This document shows positions 28,434 to 37,838 of a DNA stretch of 64,000 bases, piece by piece. Position 1 is the stretch's first letter, and each line of letters begins with the position of its first letter. The position numbers and the translations under genes are program-made. The stretch comes from an uncultured Gammaproteobacteria bacterium (GTDB lineage Bacteria; Patescibacteriota; Microgenomatia; Daviesbacterales; UBA10151): NCBI GenBank assembly GCA_964500725.1, contig CAZCNP010000001.1:766-64765 (forward strand), written 5' to 3'. The notes below the pieces were generated by a model that was given only the letters and a program-made list of their open reading frames with translations, was not told where the DNA came from and ran no database searches.

Positions 28434-29152
28434 AATTAATAATTGGTTATCTTTATGGTGATTTAATGAATATTTACGGAGACACAGGCAATATTACTGC
28501 CTTGCAAAAAAGAGCCCGGTGGAGAGGGATTGGAGTTGAGGTTAAACTAATTTCTATTGGAAGAAAATTAAAACCAAAAGAGGTGGACTTGTTTTTCTTT
28601 GGTGGAGGACAAGACCAAGCCCAGGAATTAGTTTCCAAAGACTTAGTAAAATCTGGAAAAGGTAAACTTATTAAAAGAGAGGTAGAAAGAGGAGTACCAC
28701 TGCTTTCTATTTGTGGTGGTTACCAGTTACTAGGGGAGTATTATCAACCCCATAAAGGGCCAAAATTGCCTGGTATAGGATTATTCCCAGCCTATACTTT
28801 AGCAAGCTATGACAGAATGATAGGGAATATTGTAATTGAGTCTATGTTTGGAAAATTAGTAGGCTTTGAAAATCATTCAGGTAAAACTCACCTTAAAAAA
28901 GGAGCTTTACCTTTAGGAATGGTTATTAAAGGGTTTGGAAATAATGGCAAAGACAAAGGAGAAGGATGTTTATATAAAAATGCTGTAGGTTGTTATATGC
29001 ATGGATCACTGCTTCCTAAAAACCCAAGACTTGCTGATTGGTTACTACAAAAAGCTTTAGAAACTAAATTTGGTAAACAATTTAAGCTGGAATCTTTGGA
29101 TGATGCTTTAGAACTCCAAGCCCACCAAAAAGCCATTTCCAGATTCAGCTAA
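28430..29152 (+). CDS. gatD: Glutamine amidotransferase GatD
   Basis: NIYGDTGN, GGGQD, ICGGYQ, GFENH, HGSLLPKN. Confidence 0.93.
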   Translation: MKLIIGYLYGDLMNIYGDTGNITALQKRARWRGIGVEVKLISIGRKLKPKEVDLFFFGGGQDQAQELVSKDLVKSGKGKLIKREVERGVPLLSICGGYQLLGEYYQPHKGPKLPGIGLFPAYTLASYDRMIGNIVIESMFGKLVGFENHSGKTHLKKGALPLGMVIKGFGNNGKDKGEGCLYKNAVGCYMHGSLLPKNPRLADWLLQKALETKFGKQFKLESLDDALELQAHQKAISRFS

Positions 29153-29179
29153 AAACTGTTAAAATACGAGGGTTAGTTA

Positions 29180-29262
29180 GCCCAGGTGATGGAATGGCAG
29201 ACATGTAACGTTTAGGGCGTTATGCTAGCAATAGCGTGGAGGTTCAACTCCTCTCCTGGGCA
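29180..29262 (+). tRNA. tRNA-Leu(TAG)
   Basis: TAACG-TTTAGGG-CGTTA, GGTTCAACTCC. Confidence 0.93.
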
Positions 29263-29267
29263 CAATT

Positions 29268-30224
29268 ATGAATAGAGTAGAAAATACCAAACAATATACT
29301 CGAGCAGATTTTCTAAGATTAGCAATAGGCGCTGCTTTAATTACAACAAGTTGCGCAAGGCAACCTGTCCCTACAGGATCCCCTCAAGTTGATGTAGGTA
29401 TCCGCCGAGAATTAGGTATATGGACACAAGAACAAGTAGAAACTTTTGCAGGGGCAATGATGGGTAACTCAGAATTTAACAATATTGCTTATGCAGGTTC
29501 TATACTCTTAGACAATCAACAAGGAAAACCTTCATTTTCCAAAAATGGCTCTATATTTTCTGATGAGAAGGCTAAAGTAGTTACTGTAGACAAAATAGAT
29601 CCTGCAGACTCTGGAATGAATGTACTTCAAGTAGCCCCAGTGGGAGCAATAATCAAAGTAAGTGATCAAAAGATTAATGCTAACCTCCGTTCGTTAACAG
29701 GTGGGCCTGATTTAAGAATGTCTGCTCCTGCATCTTTACAATTTAAAGAGATTAGAATTGATGGTGTAGTAACCAGAAATTATCCTGATTTTCTAATGCA
29801 TTTTTTAGTTGCCAAAGAGGTATTGAGCGCACAGGCTTTTGATATGGTGGCAAAATATGTTATGGCAAATACTCTATACCCTGATTACGAAAGGCCCAAG
29901 GATGAAAGAATAAGGAAAGCTGTGGAAACCTCAGCAATTAACAGTGGATTTGGTAGGGTACCCACATCCTTTATGGCAGATCTGTGGGGACATTATTTGT
30001 TACTACCTGACTATCTTAAGGCAATTGAGCAAGGCAAATTTTCTCAAGATGAACTTGACGGGGATATTTTAAGAGTCTTTAAAATAGCAAATGATAATTT
30101 TCAGAAAGCTGGAATTTTGGTAAAAGATCAGGATGGAAAATATAAGTGGACAGAGGATTCCAAAAAATTTTATGATACCTGGATTGATTTTTCTGTTGCT
30201 GGCTATAATGCCCTTCATAGATAA
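29268..30224 (+). CDS. Putative lipoprotein
   Basis: TRADFL..hydrophobic..TSC signal. Confidence 0.65.
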   Translation: MNRVENTKQYTRADFLRLAIGAALITTSCARQPVPTGSPQVDVGIRRELGIWTQEQVETFAGAMMGNSEFNNIAYAGSILLDNQQGKPSFSKNGSIFSDEKAKVVTVDKIDPADSGMNVLQVAPVGAIIKVSDQKINANLRSLTGGPDLRMSAPASLQFKEIRIDGVVTRNYPDFLMHFLVAKEVLSAQAFDMVAKYVMANTLYPDYERPKDERIRKAVETSAINSGFGRVPTSFMADLWGHYLLLPDYLKAIEQGKFSQDELDGDILRVFKIANDNFQKAGILVKDQDGKYKWTEDSKKFYDTWIDFSVAGYNALHR

Positions 30225-30312
30225 TTACATGCTGCAAACGTAATTCTTACACAAACCTTACCTTTATGTAATTTGACTTCTTGTATAAAAGAGGTAAAAT
30301 AGGCCCCAATCA

Positions 30313-30628
30313 TATGAATAACACCCAAGACCCAAATTCATCTAACATATCTACCCTGCCAAAGGAGACTTTGCCTAATTCCACCCAGATTGAACCAGGA
30401 TACCAGATAGACCCAGTAACTAGTTCTGAATCTACAGAAGGATCAATAAACAATTTCCAAAAACCTGCTCCCAAATCACTTGAGGAAGTTAGAGCATATA
30501 TTAAAAATTTAACCACAAATCCTATTGCCCCTATTACTGTTGGAGGATCAAACTCTATACCTTACGAAAAGCCACAAGGATTAACAAAGCAACAACTGGC
30601 AGAACAAGTCAGAAACCGCAAACCTTAG
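30313..30628 (+). CDS. Hypothetical low-complexity protein
   Basis: ORF; likely start MNNTQDP just after a -10 TAAAAT. Confidence 0.55.
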
Positions 30629-30662
30629 CAAATTTTGGTAAAAAGTTGTAAAATATACCTCC

Positions 30663-31295
30663 ATGAATACCTTTGGCAGTACCAGCAGTAAAGTAAACCC
30701 TAAGAATATTTTAGGAGGCATCTTAGGAGGATTTGAGGAAGATTTTGAGACAGAAGCCTCAATGGTTTCCAGTGCTGCTAAAAAGGGTGTTGGTGGACTG
30801 ATAGATGCAGTAATGGATTTAGGCCAGGATGTAGCAGGAATTGAACCGAAAAAAGAAACAAATGGGGAGGTAAAATTTCCCTCCAAAGGTACACTGGAGT
30901 TCAGTAATGCTCAAACAGCTCAAGCTGAACAGGCTAAAAAGCAAAAAGAAATTGATAGAAAAAAGGTATTCTTCCAAAACTTAAAAGAGGAACAAGCAAA
31001 AGCCCAAAGAGAAAAGGAACAATTAGAGGAAGAGATTGATGATATTGCTGCTAATTTACCAATAAGTCAAAAAAATGAGCTGCTTCACTACCAATCAAGC
31101 TATAAAGACAAAAGTGTTTATCAAAGGGCTGAATTGAGAAGAAAATTAATTGAGCAAAGAAAACAAGCAGATCAACAACAAAAAGATGAAAGTAAAGCTG
31201 CTACTAACCCTAAGGGTAAATTTTCCATGGGAGAAAATGAGCTGCTGATGGGTGGGGAAAATAAAGGTGGACATTGGTCCCAAAACCCAGGGTAA
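30663..31295 (+). CDS. Hypothetical coiled-coil protein
   Basis: 210-aa ORF. Confidence 0.65.
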   Translation: MNTFGSTSSKVNPKNILGGILGGFEEDFETEASMVSSAAKKGVGGLIDAVMDLGQDVAGIEPKKETNGEVKFPSKGTLEFSNAQTAQAEQAKKQKEIDRKKVFFQNLKEEQAKAQREKEQLEEEIDDIAANLPISQKNELLHYQSSYKDKSVYQRAELRRKLIEQRKQADQQQKDESKAATNPKGKFSMGENELLMGGENKGGHWSQNPG

Positions 31296-31446
31296 TTTAG
31301 TCTTCTTGAATAAAAACCTTCTTTCACTTAAAATACACTCGGGTAGCCCTTGTCAAAAATTGTCATTTAGACAATTTATTGCAAGCGATCTCCCTTGATC
31401 AAAACAACTTTGAAGAAATTATAATTGTTTTGATCTTCGGTCCGAT

Positions 31447-31521
31447 GGACGGTTAGCTCAGTTGGTAGAGCGCTTTCTTGACGTGAAAGAGGTTTCACAG
31501 GTTCGAGCCCTGTACCGTCCA
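31447..31521 (+). tRNA. tRNA-Val(GAC)
   Basis: CTTTC-TTGACGT-GAAAG, GGTTCGAGCCC. Confidence 0.92.
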
Positions 31522-31562
31522 CAGCTTGACAAATATAAGCTTATAAAATATTATAAATAATA

Positions 31563-31678
31563 ATGATTAGATTACCTCAAACATGTTGCACTACACCAAT
31601 CCCGCAAAGGGAGGTTTTGTAGTGTAGTTTGGTAAAAACCAAAAGCATACATAAGCCTCCTCACAAGGGAGGTTTTTT
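31563..31678 (+). promoter_or_regulatory. Leader-peptide transcription attenuator (MIRLPQTCCTTPIPQREVL)
   Basis: Protector CACTACA..TGTAGTG; GGGAGGTTT can pair with the terminator 5' arm; terminator AAGCCTCC-TCACAA-GGGAGG + T6. Confidence 0.65.
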
Positions 31679-31701
31679 ATTGGAAAAGAAAGGAGGACAA
31701 A

Positions 31702-31932
31702 ATGGCAAACAAAAGTATAGAAACCAGGGGATGCGGTTTAGCACCTGATGACCCAAGAATACCAAGAAGAGGTATTGCATACTCAGAACTCTCCCGAGTT
31801 ATACAAAACAATCGGGCTAGTAACGGTTTACCACCCCAAACACCTCAAGAGCATATTGCAGAGGTTTTAAAAACCGGTCATTATAAAGTCTGGGCAAGAG
31901 TAGTAGATGCTATTGTTGGTACTGGTTGCTAA
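31702..31932 (+). CDS. Hypothetical 76-aa protein
   Basis: Strong SD AGGAGG. Confidence 0.65.
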   Translation: MANKSIETRGCGLAPDDPRIPRRGIAYSELSRVIQNNRASNGLPPQTPQEHIAEVLKTGHYKVWARVVDAIVGTGC

Positions 31933-31983
31933 TTATTTAGCACCCTTCTACTTAGATCTTGTTTTTGATATAGTAAAAATACT

Positions 31984-33744
31984 ATGAGTAATGAGAATGA
32001 AAATCTAAATAACCTAAGACACTCTTGTGCCCATCTTTTGGCTGCTGCTGTAAAGGAGCTTTGGCCTGGAACTCATAATGCAATTGGTCCCTCAATAGAA
32101 AATGGCTTTTACCAGGATTTTGACTTTGGCGAAAGAAAAATTTCAGAAGAAGATTTACCTAAGATTGAGAGAAAGATGCAGGATGTGGTGCAAAGCTGGG
32201 GGACATTTCAGGTAAAAGAAGTCTCTCCCGACCAAGCCAGGAAAGATTTTGCCAGCAACCCTTATAAACTTGAACTTATTGAAGAATTTGCCAAAGAAGG
32301 AAAAACACTTACAGAAAATGATCCAGGGAATTTCTTGGATTTATGCAAAGGTGGACATGTAGAAGGTGACCCTAAAAAGGAGTTAAAATATTTTAAACTT
32401 CTTTCTATTGCTGGAGCTTACTGGAGAGGATCTGAGAAAAATAAAATGCTCACCAGAATTTATGGAACTTGTTTTCCATCTAAACAAGAACTTGATGAAT
32501 ATTTAAACATGCTGGAAGAGGCTAAAAAAAGAGATCATCGAAAAATAGGTAAAGAGTTGGGACTTTTTGTATTCTCAGATTTAGTGGGAGCTGGACTACC
32601 TTTGCTTACTCCAAAAGGGGCAACTATTAGAAGAGAACTCGAAAGATTTATTGTTGATGAAGAATTAAAACGCGGATACCAGCATGTCTGGACACCCCCA
32701 CTTGCAAAAGTACAGTTATATGAAAAATCTGGACATTATCCTTACTACAAAGACACTATGTATCCTCCAATGAAGATTGATGAGGAAGAGTTAATCTTAA
32801 GACCAATGACTTGCCCTCATCACTTTATGCTTTACAAATCACAACCAAGAAGCTATAGGGAGCTCCCAGTAAGATACGCAGAAATTTCGCCTCAATTCCG
32901 CTATGAAAAAAGTGGAGAGCTAACAGGTCTGATGAGAGTAAGAATGTTTACACTTTCAGATGCACATATTATCTGTATCCCAGACCAGGCAAAAGAAGAA
33001 ATTAAAAAAGCTTTAGATTTAATAGATCATGCCAATAAAGTTTTTGGGTTGCGTAAAGGTATTGACTACAGATACAGGCTTTCTCTTGGGGATAGAAACA
33101 ACGAAACTAAATATTACAAAGATGATACAGCGTGGGAAAAAGTTGAGGAAACGTTAAGAGAAGTGTTGCAAGAAACAGAAGCTCCGTTTTATGAAGCAGA
33201 AAATGAAGCAGCTTTTTATGGACCAAAAATTGATGTGCAAATGAAAAATGTTTTAGGTAAAGAAGAAACAGCCTTTACAGTTCAATATGATTTCGTGATG
33301 CCAAAGAGGTTTGAATTAAGATACACTGATGCAGAAGGTAAAGAACAAGAACCTGTTGTTATTCATCGCTCATCCATAGGAGCTATTGAAAGAGTTATGG
33401 CTTTTTTAATTGAAAAATATGGAGGGGCTTTCCCAACATGGCTTGCACCCATTCAGGTACAAATTATACCCATTGCAGATCGCCATCAAGAATATGCACA
33501 AAAAGTACTCGAGCAACTTATATCCGCAAACATAAGAGCAGAGGTTGATACAAGGGCTGAAAAAATGCAAGCCAAAATTAGAGATGCTCAACTGCAAAAA
33601 ATCCCTTATATGATAATCATTGGAGACAGGGAAGAAAAAGAAGAAAAAGTTGCAGTTAGAGCAAGAGACGGAAAAGACCTGGGACCAATAGATTTTGCAG
33701 AGTTTTTAGACAAGATAAAACAAGAGGTTGAATCTCAAGCCTAA
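31984..33744 (+). CDS. thrS: Threonine--tRNA ligase
   Basis: RHSCAH, DLCKGGH, RDHRK, RPMTCP, AFYGPKID. Confidence 0.97.
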   Translation: MSNENENLNNLRHSCAHLLAAAVKELWPGTHNAIGPSIENGFYQDFDFGERKISEEDLPKIERKMQDVVQSWGTFQVKEVSPDQARKDFASNPYKLELIEEFAKEGKTLTENDPGNFLDLCKGGHVEGDPKKELKYFKLLSIAGAYWRGSEKNKMLTRIYGTCFPSKQELDEYLNMLEEAKKRDHRKIGKELGLFVFSDLVGAGLPLLTPKGATIRRELERFIVDEELKRGYQHVWTPPLAKVQLYEKSGHYPYYKDTMYPPMKIDEEELILRPMTCPHHFMLYKSQPRSYRELPVRYAEISPQFRYEKSGELTGLMRVRMFTLSDAHIICIPDQAKEEIKKALDLIDHANKVFGLRKGIDYRYRLSLGDRNNETKYYKDDTAWEKVEETLREVLQETEAPFYEAENEAAFYGPKIDVQMKNVLGKEETAFTVQYDFVMPKRFELRYTDAEGKEQEPVVIHRSSIGAIERVMAFLIEKYGGAFPTWLAPIQVQIIPIADRHQEYAQKVLEQLISANIRAEVDTRAEKMQAKIRDAQLQKIPYMIIIGDREEKEEKVAVRARDGKDLGPIDFAEFLDKIKQEVESQA

Positions 33745-33789
33745 TTTATGTTAATATCTAGAGCAATTATGTCAAGGAGGGCTGGTTAA

Positions 33790-34320
33790 CTGGCCAAGTT
33801 TTATCGCTTAAACGAGCATATCCAGGCTCAAGAACTGAGGGTATTAGATTCCAAAGGTGAACAACTGGGAGTCTTATCCAAGCTTGAGGCTTTGGAAAAA
33901 GCTAAGCAGCTGGGGCAAGATTTAATAGAGATTGCTCCAAATGCTAATCCTCCTGTTGCCAAAATAGCTGATTTTCAAAAATTCAGGTATGAGGAAAGCA
34001 AAAAGGAAAGAGCGTCAAGAAGAGGTGCAGCTGGAGGAGAATTAAAAGAGTTATGGCTTTCTCCTAGAATAGCTGAGCACGACCTTAAGGTAAGGCTAAA
34101 TAGGACTGAAGAGTTTTTGAAAGATGGACATAAAGTAAAATTAACTGTCAAATTTAAAGGCAGGGAAATGGCTCATCAGGAAATTGGCCATCAGGTTTTA
34201 CAGGATGCCTTAAATCTTTTGGGGGATAAGGTGAGCATTGAAAGAGACCCAAAGATGGAGGGCAGAAAGCTGTCCATGATAGTAGGAAAAGGTAAGGGGA
34301 AAGGAGAGTCAAGAGTCTAG
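33790..34320 (+). CDS. infC: Translation initiation factor IF-3, CTG start
   Basis: NEHI..ELRVLD..GEQLG upstream of the ORF-track start; AAGGAGG 9 nt before CTG; in-frame TAA directly before. Confidence 0.9.
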   Translation: MAKFYRLNEHIQAQELRVLDSKGEQLGVLSKLEALEKAKQLGQDLIEIAPNANPPVAKIADFQKFRYEESKKERASRRGAAGGELKELWLSPRIAEHDLKVRLNRTEEFLKDGHKVKLTVKFKGREMAHQEIGHQVLQDALNLLGDKVSIERDPKMEGRKLSMIVGKGKGKGESRV

Positions 34321-34372
34321 ACAAAATCAGAAAGGAAATACTAGTCCCTAGACTCTAGCGACTAGTCACTAA
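34304..34372. repeat. Inverted 7-bp-period array between infC and rpmI
   Basis: GAGAGTC AAGAGTC TAG ... CTAGTCC CTAGACT CTAGCGA CTAGTCA. Confidence 0.6.
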
Positions 34373-34375
34373 AAT

Positions 34376-34573
34376 ATGCCAAAACAGAAAACAAATAAGT
34401 CAGTTTTAAAAAGAATCAAAATTACCTCCACAGGTAAGATTCTAAGAAGACATCAACTTGGTGCTGGACATTTAAAAAGGAAAAAAAGTAAAGGTGCTTT
34501 AAACAGGCAAAAAAAGACCAGCACATTTTTTAAAGGTGAAGCCAAAAGGCTTAGAAAGGTAATAGGGATATAA
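34376..34573 (+). CDS. rpmI: 50S ribosomal protein bL35
   Basis: MPKQKTNKSVLKRIKITSTGK. Confidence 0.95.
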   Translation: MPKQKTNKSVLKRIKITSTGKILRRHQLGAGHLKRKKSKGALNRQKKTSTFFKGEAKRLRKVIGI

Positions 34574-34723
34574 ATGGGTAGAGAAACTAGAAATTTTAAA
34601 CAAACAGGCAGATCAAGGTCAGGTAATCAATCTGCAAGAAATTATGCAGGGGTTAACAGACAAGGGTATTGGGGAAAAATAGTTAATTATTTTAATAAAG
34701 GAGGAAAAAATGGCTCGAGTTAA
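34574..34723 (+). CDS. Unannotated 49-aa basic ORF between rpmI and rplT
   Basis: ATG right after rpmI TAA; stop overlaps rplT start; R/K/G/N-rich. Confidence 0.45.
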   Translation: MGRETRNFKQTGRSRSGNQSARNYAGVNRQGYWGKIVNYFNKGGKNGSS

Positions 34724-35075
34724 ACGAGGTGTTGTCTCACATAGAAAACATAAAAAAGTTTTAGAATTAACAAAGGGCCACAGAGGTGGCAGAAGCAAAA
34801 ACATTAAGGAAGCCAAGTCTTCCTTGCTTCATGCTGGAGCTTATGCTTTTGCTGGAAGAAAGTTAAGAAAAAGAGACATGAGAGCCCTTTGGATTGTCCA
34901 GCTTGGTAATGCTGTAAGAATGGAGGGCTTAAGTTACTCTAAATTTATAGCAGGATTAAAAGCTAAAAATATAAACCTTGATAGGAAAATCTTGGCTGAT
35001 TTAGCAGTTCACCACCTAGATGACTTTAAAAAAATTGTTGCCCAAGTGCGTACTGGCAGTGGGCGCTCATCCTGA
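34710..35075 (+). CDS. rplT: 50S ribosomal protein bL20
   Basis: MARVKRG, RKLRKRDMRALWI, LDRKILADLA. Confidence 0.96.
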   Translation: MARVKRGVVSHRKHKKVLELTKGHRGGRSKNIKEAKSSLLHAGAYAFAGRKLRKRDMRALWIVQLGNAVRMEGLSYSKFIAGLKAKNINLDRKILADLAVHHLDDFKKIVAQVRTGSGRSS

Positions 35076-35751
35076 TGATATTGATATAGGTTGTTCTGGC
35101 ACTGTAGCCAAATATATATCTGAGGGCCACACAGTTTATTATCTGGTATTAACAGATGGCAGCAAAGGCTCTGAAGATCCCAAGATTTCCAGCAAAGAGC
35201 TAACCAGAATTAGAAGGGCTGAACAGCAGGCAGCTGCAGATACTTTAGGAGTTAAAAAGGTTTTTTTTCTAGACTTTGTTGATGGGGAACTGGAAAATAG
35301 CCCAGAACTTAAAAAAGAAATTATTAAAGTTATTAGATCCATTAAACCTAATACAGTAATTTGCTGGGATCCAACACTTTACTATGATGAAACCAGATCT
35401 TTTGTTAACCACCCAGACCATAGAGTTGGAGGGGAAGCTACTATGGATTGTGTGTATCCTTTTGCCAGAAATGCCAGAACTTTTCCTGAACTTTTAGAGC
35501 AAGGATTGGAATCCCATTGTGTGGAAGAGTTACTTTTAATAAATTTCAGTAAGGCAAATTATTTTGTGGATATTAGTAAAGTAATAGATAAAAAAATAGA
35601 AGCCCTTTTTAAACATGAAAGCCAATTTACAGATTTAAAGGCCTTTGGAGAAAGAATCAAAGAAATGAACAAAATAGCAGGGAAAAAAGCCAAACCAAAA
35701 GTAAAATATGCTGAAGGATATATAAGACTTATTCTTCGCCCCCCAGTTTGA
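35020..35751 (+). CDS. PIG-L family deacetylase
   Basis: AHPDD, HPDH, HESQ. Confidence 0.9.
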   Translation: MTLKKLLPKCVLAVGAHPDDIDIGCSGTVAKYISEGHTVYYLVLTDGSKGSEDPKISSKELTRIRRAEQQAAADTLGVKKVFFLDFVDGELENSPELKKEIIKVIRSIKPNTVICWDPTLYYDETRSFVNHPDHRVGGEATMDCVYPFARNARTFPELLEQGLESHCVEELLLINFSKANYFVDISKVIDKKIEALFKHESQFTDLKAFGERIKEMNKIAGKKAKPKVKYAEGYIRLILRPPV

Positions 35752-35787
35752 TTTGAAAATTATAGGTCTATATTATATAATTTTCAA

Positions 35788-36741
35788 ATGCCCGTACATT
35801 CAGTAGAAAAATATCTTCAAGACGAAAAAATTGCTCGTGATGACTTAGGCACATATATAGGTAATTTATTGGTCCGCCAAAGGCTTGTTAATGAAGCAGT
35901 ACTAGAATTTGCTCAACCTATATTGCCTGCTAAATCTTTGGTCATTGATGCATGCGCTGGTCCTGAAGGGAGCTGGCTAGCTGCTGCCAGAAGAGGCTAC
36001 CAATGGGTAGGAAATGATATCTCTGTAAAATTTGCTCATACTTTACGAAGAACTGGTGCTAATGTAGTAATGTCAGATTTTCCAAACGCTCCTTTTAAAG
36101 ACGAAATTGCAGATGCTGTATTTTTTATCTTTGCCCTAAATAATATATGCAACCCAAAAGAGGCTTTTGATGAAGCAGCTAGGATTACAAAACCAGGTGG
36201 AGTTATAGTAGGAGCAGAACCTGGATTATCGACCTGGGTAACCAAAATTCTATTCCATTCAGTTTTATCTCCATCATCTAAGCGAATACCGTTTAGTCAA
36301 GAAATAGAAAAGCAATTCGCAGATAAACCCTACTCAGAGATGGACTATACAGACCTCCTGGCAGAAAAAACGTTAGGATTAACTACTGCTGATCTTGCAA
36401 CTATTGCACAAACTGCAGCTAGTTCGGAGACAAAAATCCATAGAGCCCATTATAGATTTCATGAAACAATTTTGAAAATATATTTTGCCCAAGTTTTAGC
36501 TAAAAGCCAGAATGCTGGATTTAAATTAGAAAAAGCTGGAATCCTTGCTATCGCTCAATCACTTACAGAATGGGAGGTTAGCGCTCCAATTGAGCTTACA
36601 AGAAACCAATGGTTAGATCAATTCATGCAGGTAAGAGTGTGGAAAAGAGGGCAAAATTCACCAGTAGATCAACTTCCACCATCTATGGATAGAGCAGCTA
36701 GAAGAATAATCGTTCCTATTTTATGTATGAAAAAATCGTAA
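35788..36741 (+). CDS. Class I SAM-dependent methyltransferase
   Basis: IDACAGPEG, RITKPGG. Confidence 0.75.
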   Translation: MPVHSVEKYLQDEKIARDDLGTYIGNLLVRQRLVNEAVLEFAQPILPAKSLVIDACAGPEGSWLAAARRGYQWVGNDISVKFAHTLRRTGANVVMSDFPNAPFKDEIADAVFFIFALNNICNPKEAFDEAARITKPGGVIVGAEPGLSTWVTKILFHSVLSPSSKRIPFSQEIEKQFADKPYSEMDYTDLLAEKTLGLTTADLATIAQTAASSETKIHRAHYRFHETILKIYFAQVLAKSQNAGFKLEKAGILAIAQSLTEWEVSAPIELTRNQWLDQFMQVRVWKRGQNSPVDQLPPSMDRAARRIIVPILCMKKS

Positions 36742-36794
36742 TTTAAATCAACTCTAAATAGCCTCACATTTATTATTATGTTAGAATCAAATTC

Positions 36795-37838
36795 ATGGAA
36801 GAAAAGATTTTACAGATTCAAAAAGATTATTTGGGAAAAATTAACCAAGCCCAAAACTTAAAGGAGCTTGATGAGATTTTCTTAGCCCTTTTTGGAAAAA
36901 CTGGAGAGCTGGATTTACTCCCTAAAGAATTTGGAAAACTGCCTCAGGAAGAAAGAAAAAAGGTAGGTCCACTTTTTAATTCAACAAAGCAAGCTTTAGA
37001 AAAAGCTATAGAAGAAAAAAGAACTGAAGTTAGGGAACAAAGCTACCAAGAACTTAAATCAGAAGAGCTTAACCTTCAGGCTAAAATAGAACCTAGAACA
37101 AGAAGAGGACATCTTCACCCCGTTACCCAGCTGGAACAAGAAATAGTTGATTTATTTGGTAAGCTAGGTTTTAAACAATTTGAAGCCCCCCATATAGATT
37201 CTGAAGAATATAATTTTGAGCTACTGAATATCCCTCAAGGACATCCTGCCAGAGACCTTTGGGATACTTTATATATTGATCCCCATAATTTAAAAGCTTC
37301 TCCAGGAGAGCTACTTTTAAGAACCCATACCTCAAATGCCCAAGTTAGAATTATGAAGGAACTCAAACCCCCAATCAGAATGATGATTATTGATAGATGT
37401 TTTAGGTATGAAAATGTGGATGCAAGACATGAGCATACTTTAGACCAATTTGAGATTGTTTATATAGACAAAGGTGTTAGTATGGCCAACCTTCAATACC
37501 TATCTGAATACTTTTTTAAAGGAATTTTAGGAGAAGATATTAAAGCCAGGTTAAGACCAAAATATTACCCTTTTGTTGAACCAGGAGCAGGAGTAGATGG
37601 GCTGTGTATTTTCTGTAAAGGAAAAGGCTGTAAAGTTTGTGGAGAAATGGGCTGGTTAGAACTGGCTGGAGCAGGAATGATTCACCCTCAAGTATTAAAA
37701 AATGGGGGGATAGATCCAAATGAGTATTCAGGAATTGCCTGGGGTGTAGGACCTGAAAGAATGGCTATGCTCAAGTATGGAGTAGAAAATATAAGATCTT
37801 TTAAAAGTGGTGATGTTAAATTTTTGGAGAAATATTAA
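36795..37838 (+). CDS. pheS: Phenylalanine--tRNA ligase alpha
   Basis: HPARD, LRTHTS, YPFVEPG. Confidence 0.96.
   Translation: MEEKILQIQKDYLGKINQAQNLKELDEIFLALFGKTGELDLLPKEFGKLPQEERKKVGPLFNSTKQALEKAIEEKRTEVREQSYQELKSEELNLQAKIEPRTRRGHLHPVTQLEQEIVDLFGKLGFKQFEAPHIDSEEYNFELLNIPQGHPARDLWDTLYIDPHNLKASPGELLLRTHTSNAQVRIMKELKPPIRMMIIDRCFRYENVDARHEHTLDQFEIVYIDKGVSMANLQYLSEYFFKGILGEDIKARLRPKYYPFVEPGAGVDGLCIFCKGKGCKVCGEMGWLELAGAGMIHPQVLKNGGIDPNEYSGIAWGVGPERMAMLKYGVENIRSFKSGDVKFLEKY

Noticed and set aside
31563-31678. T-box riboswitch for thrS
   Set aside because: No AGGGTGGNACC T-box or stem I; a leader peptide fits better
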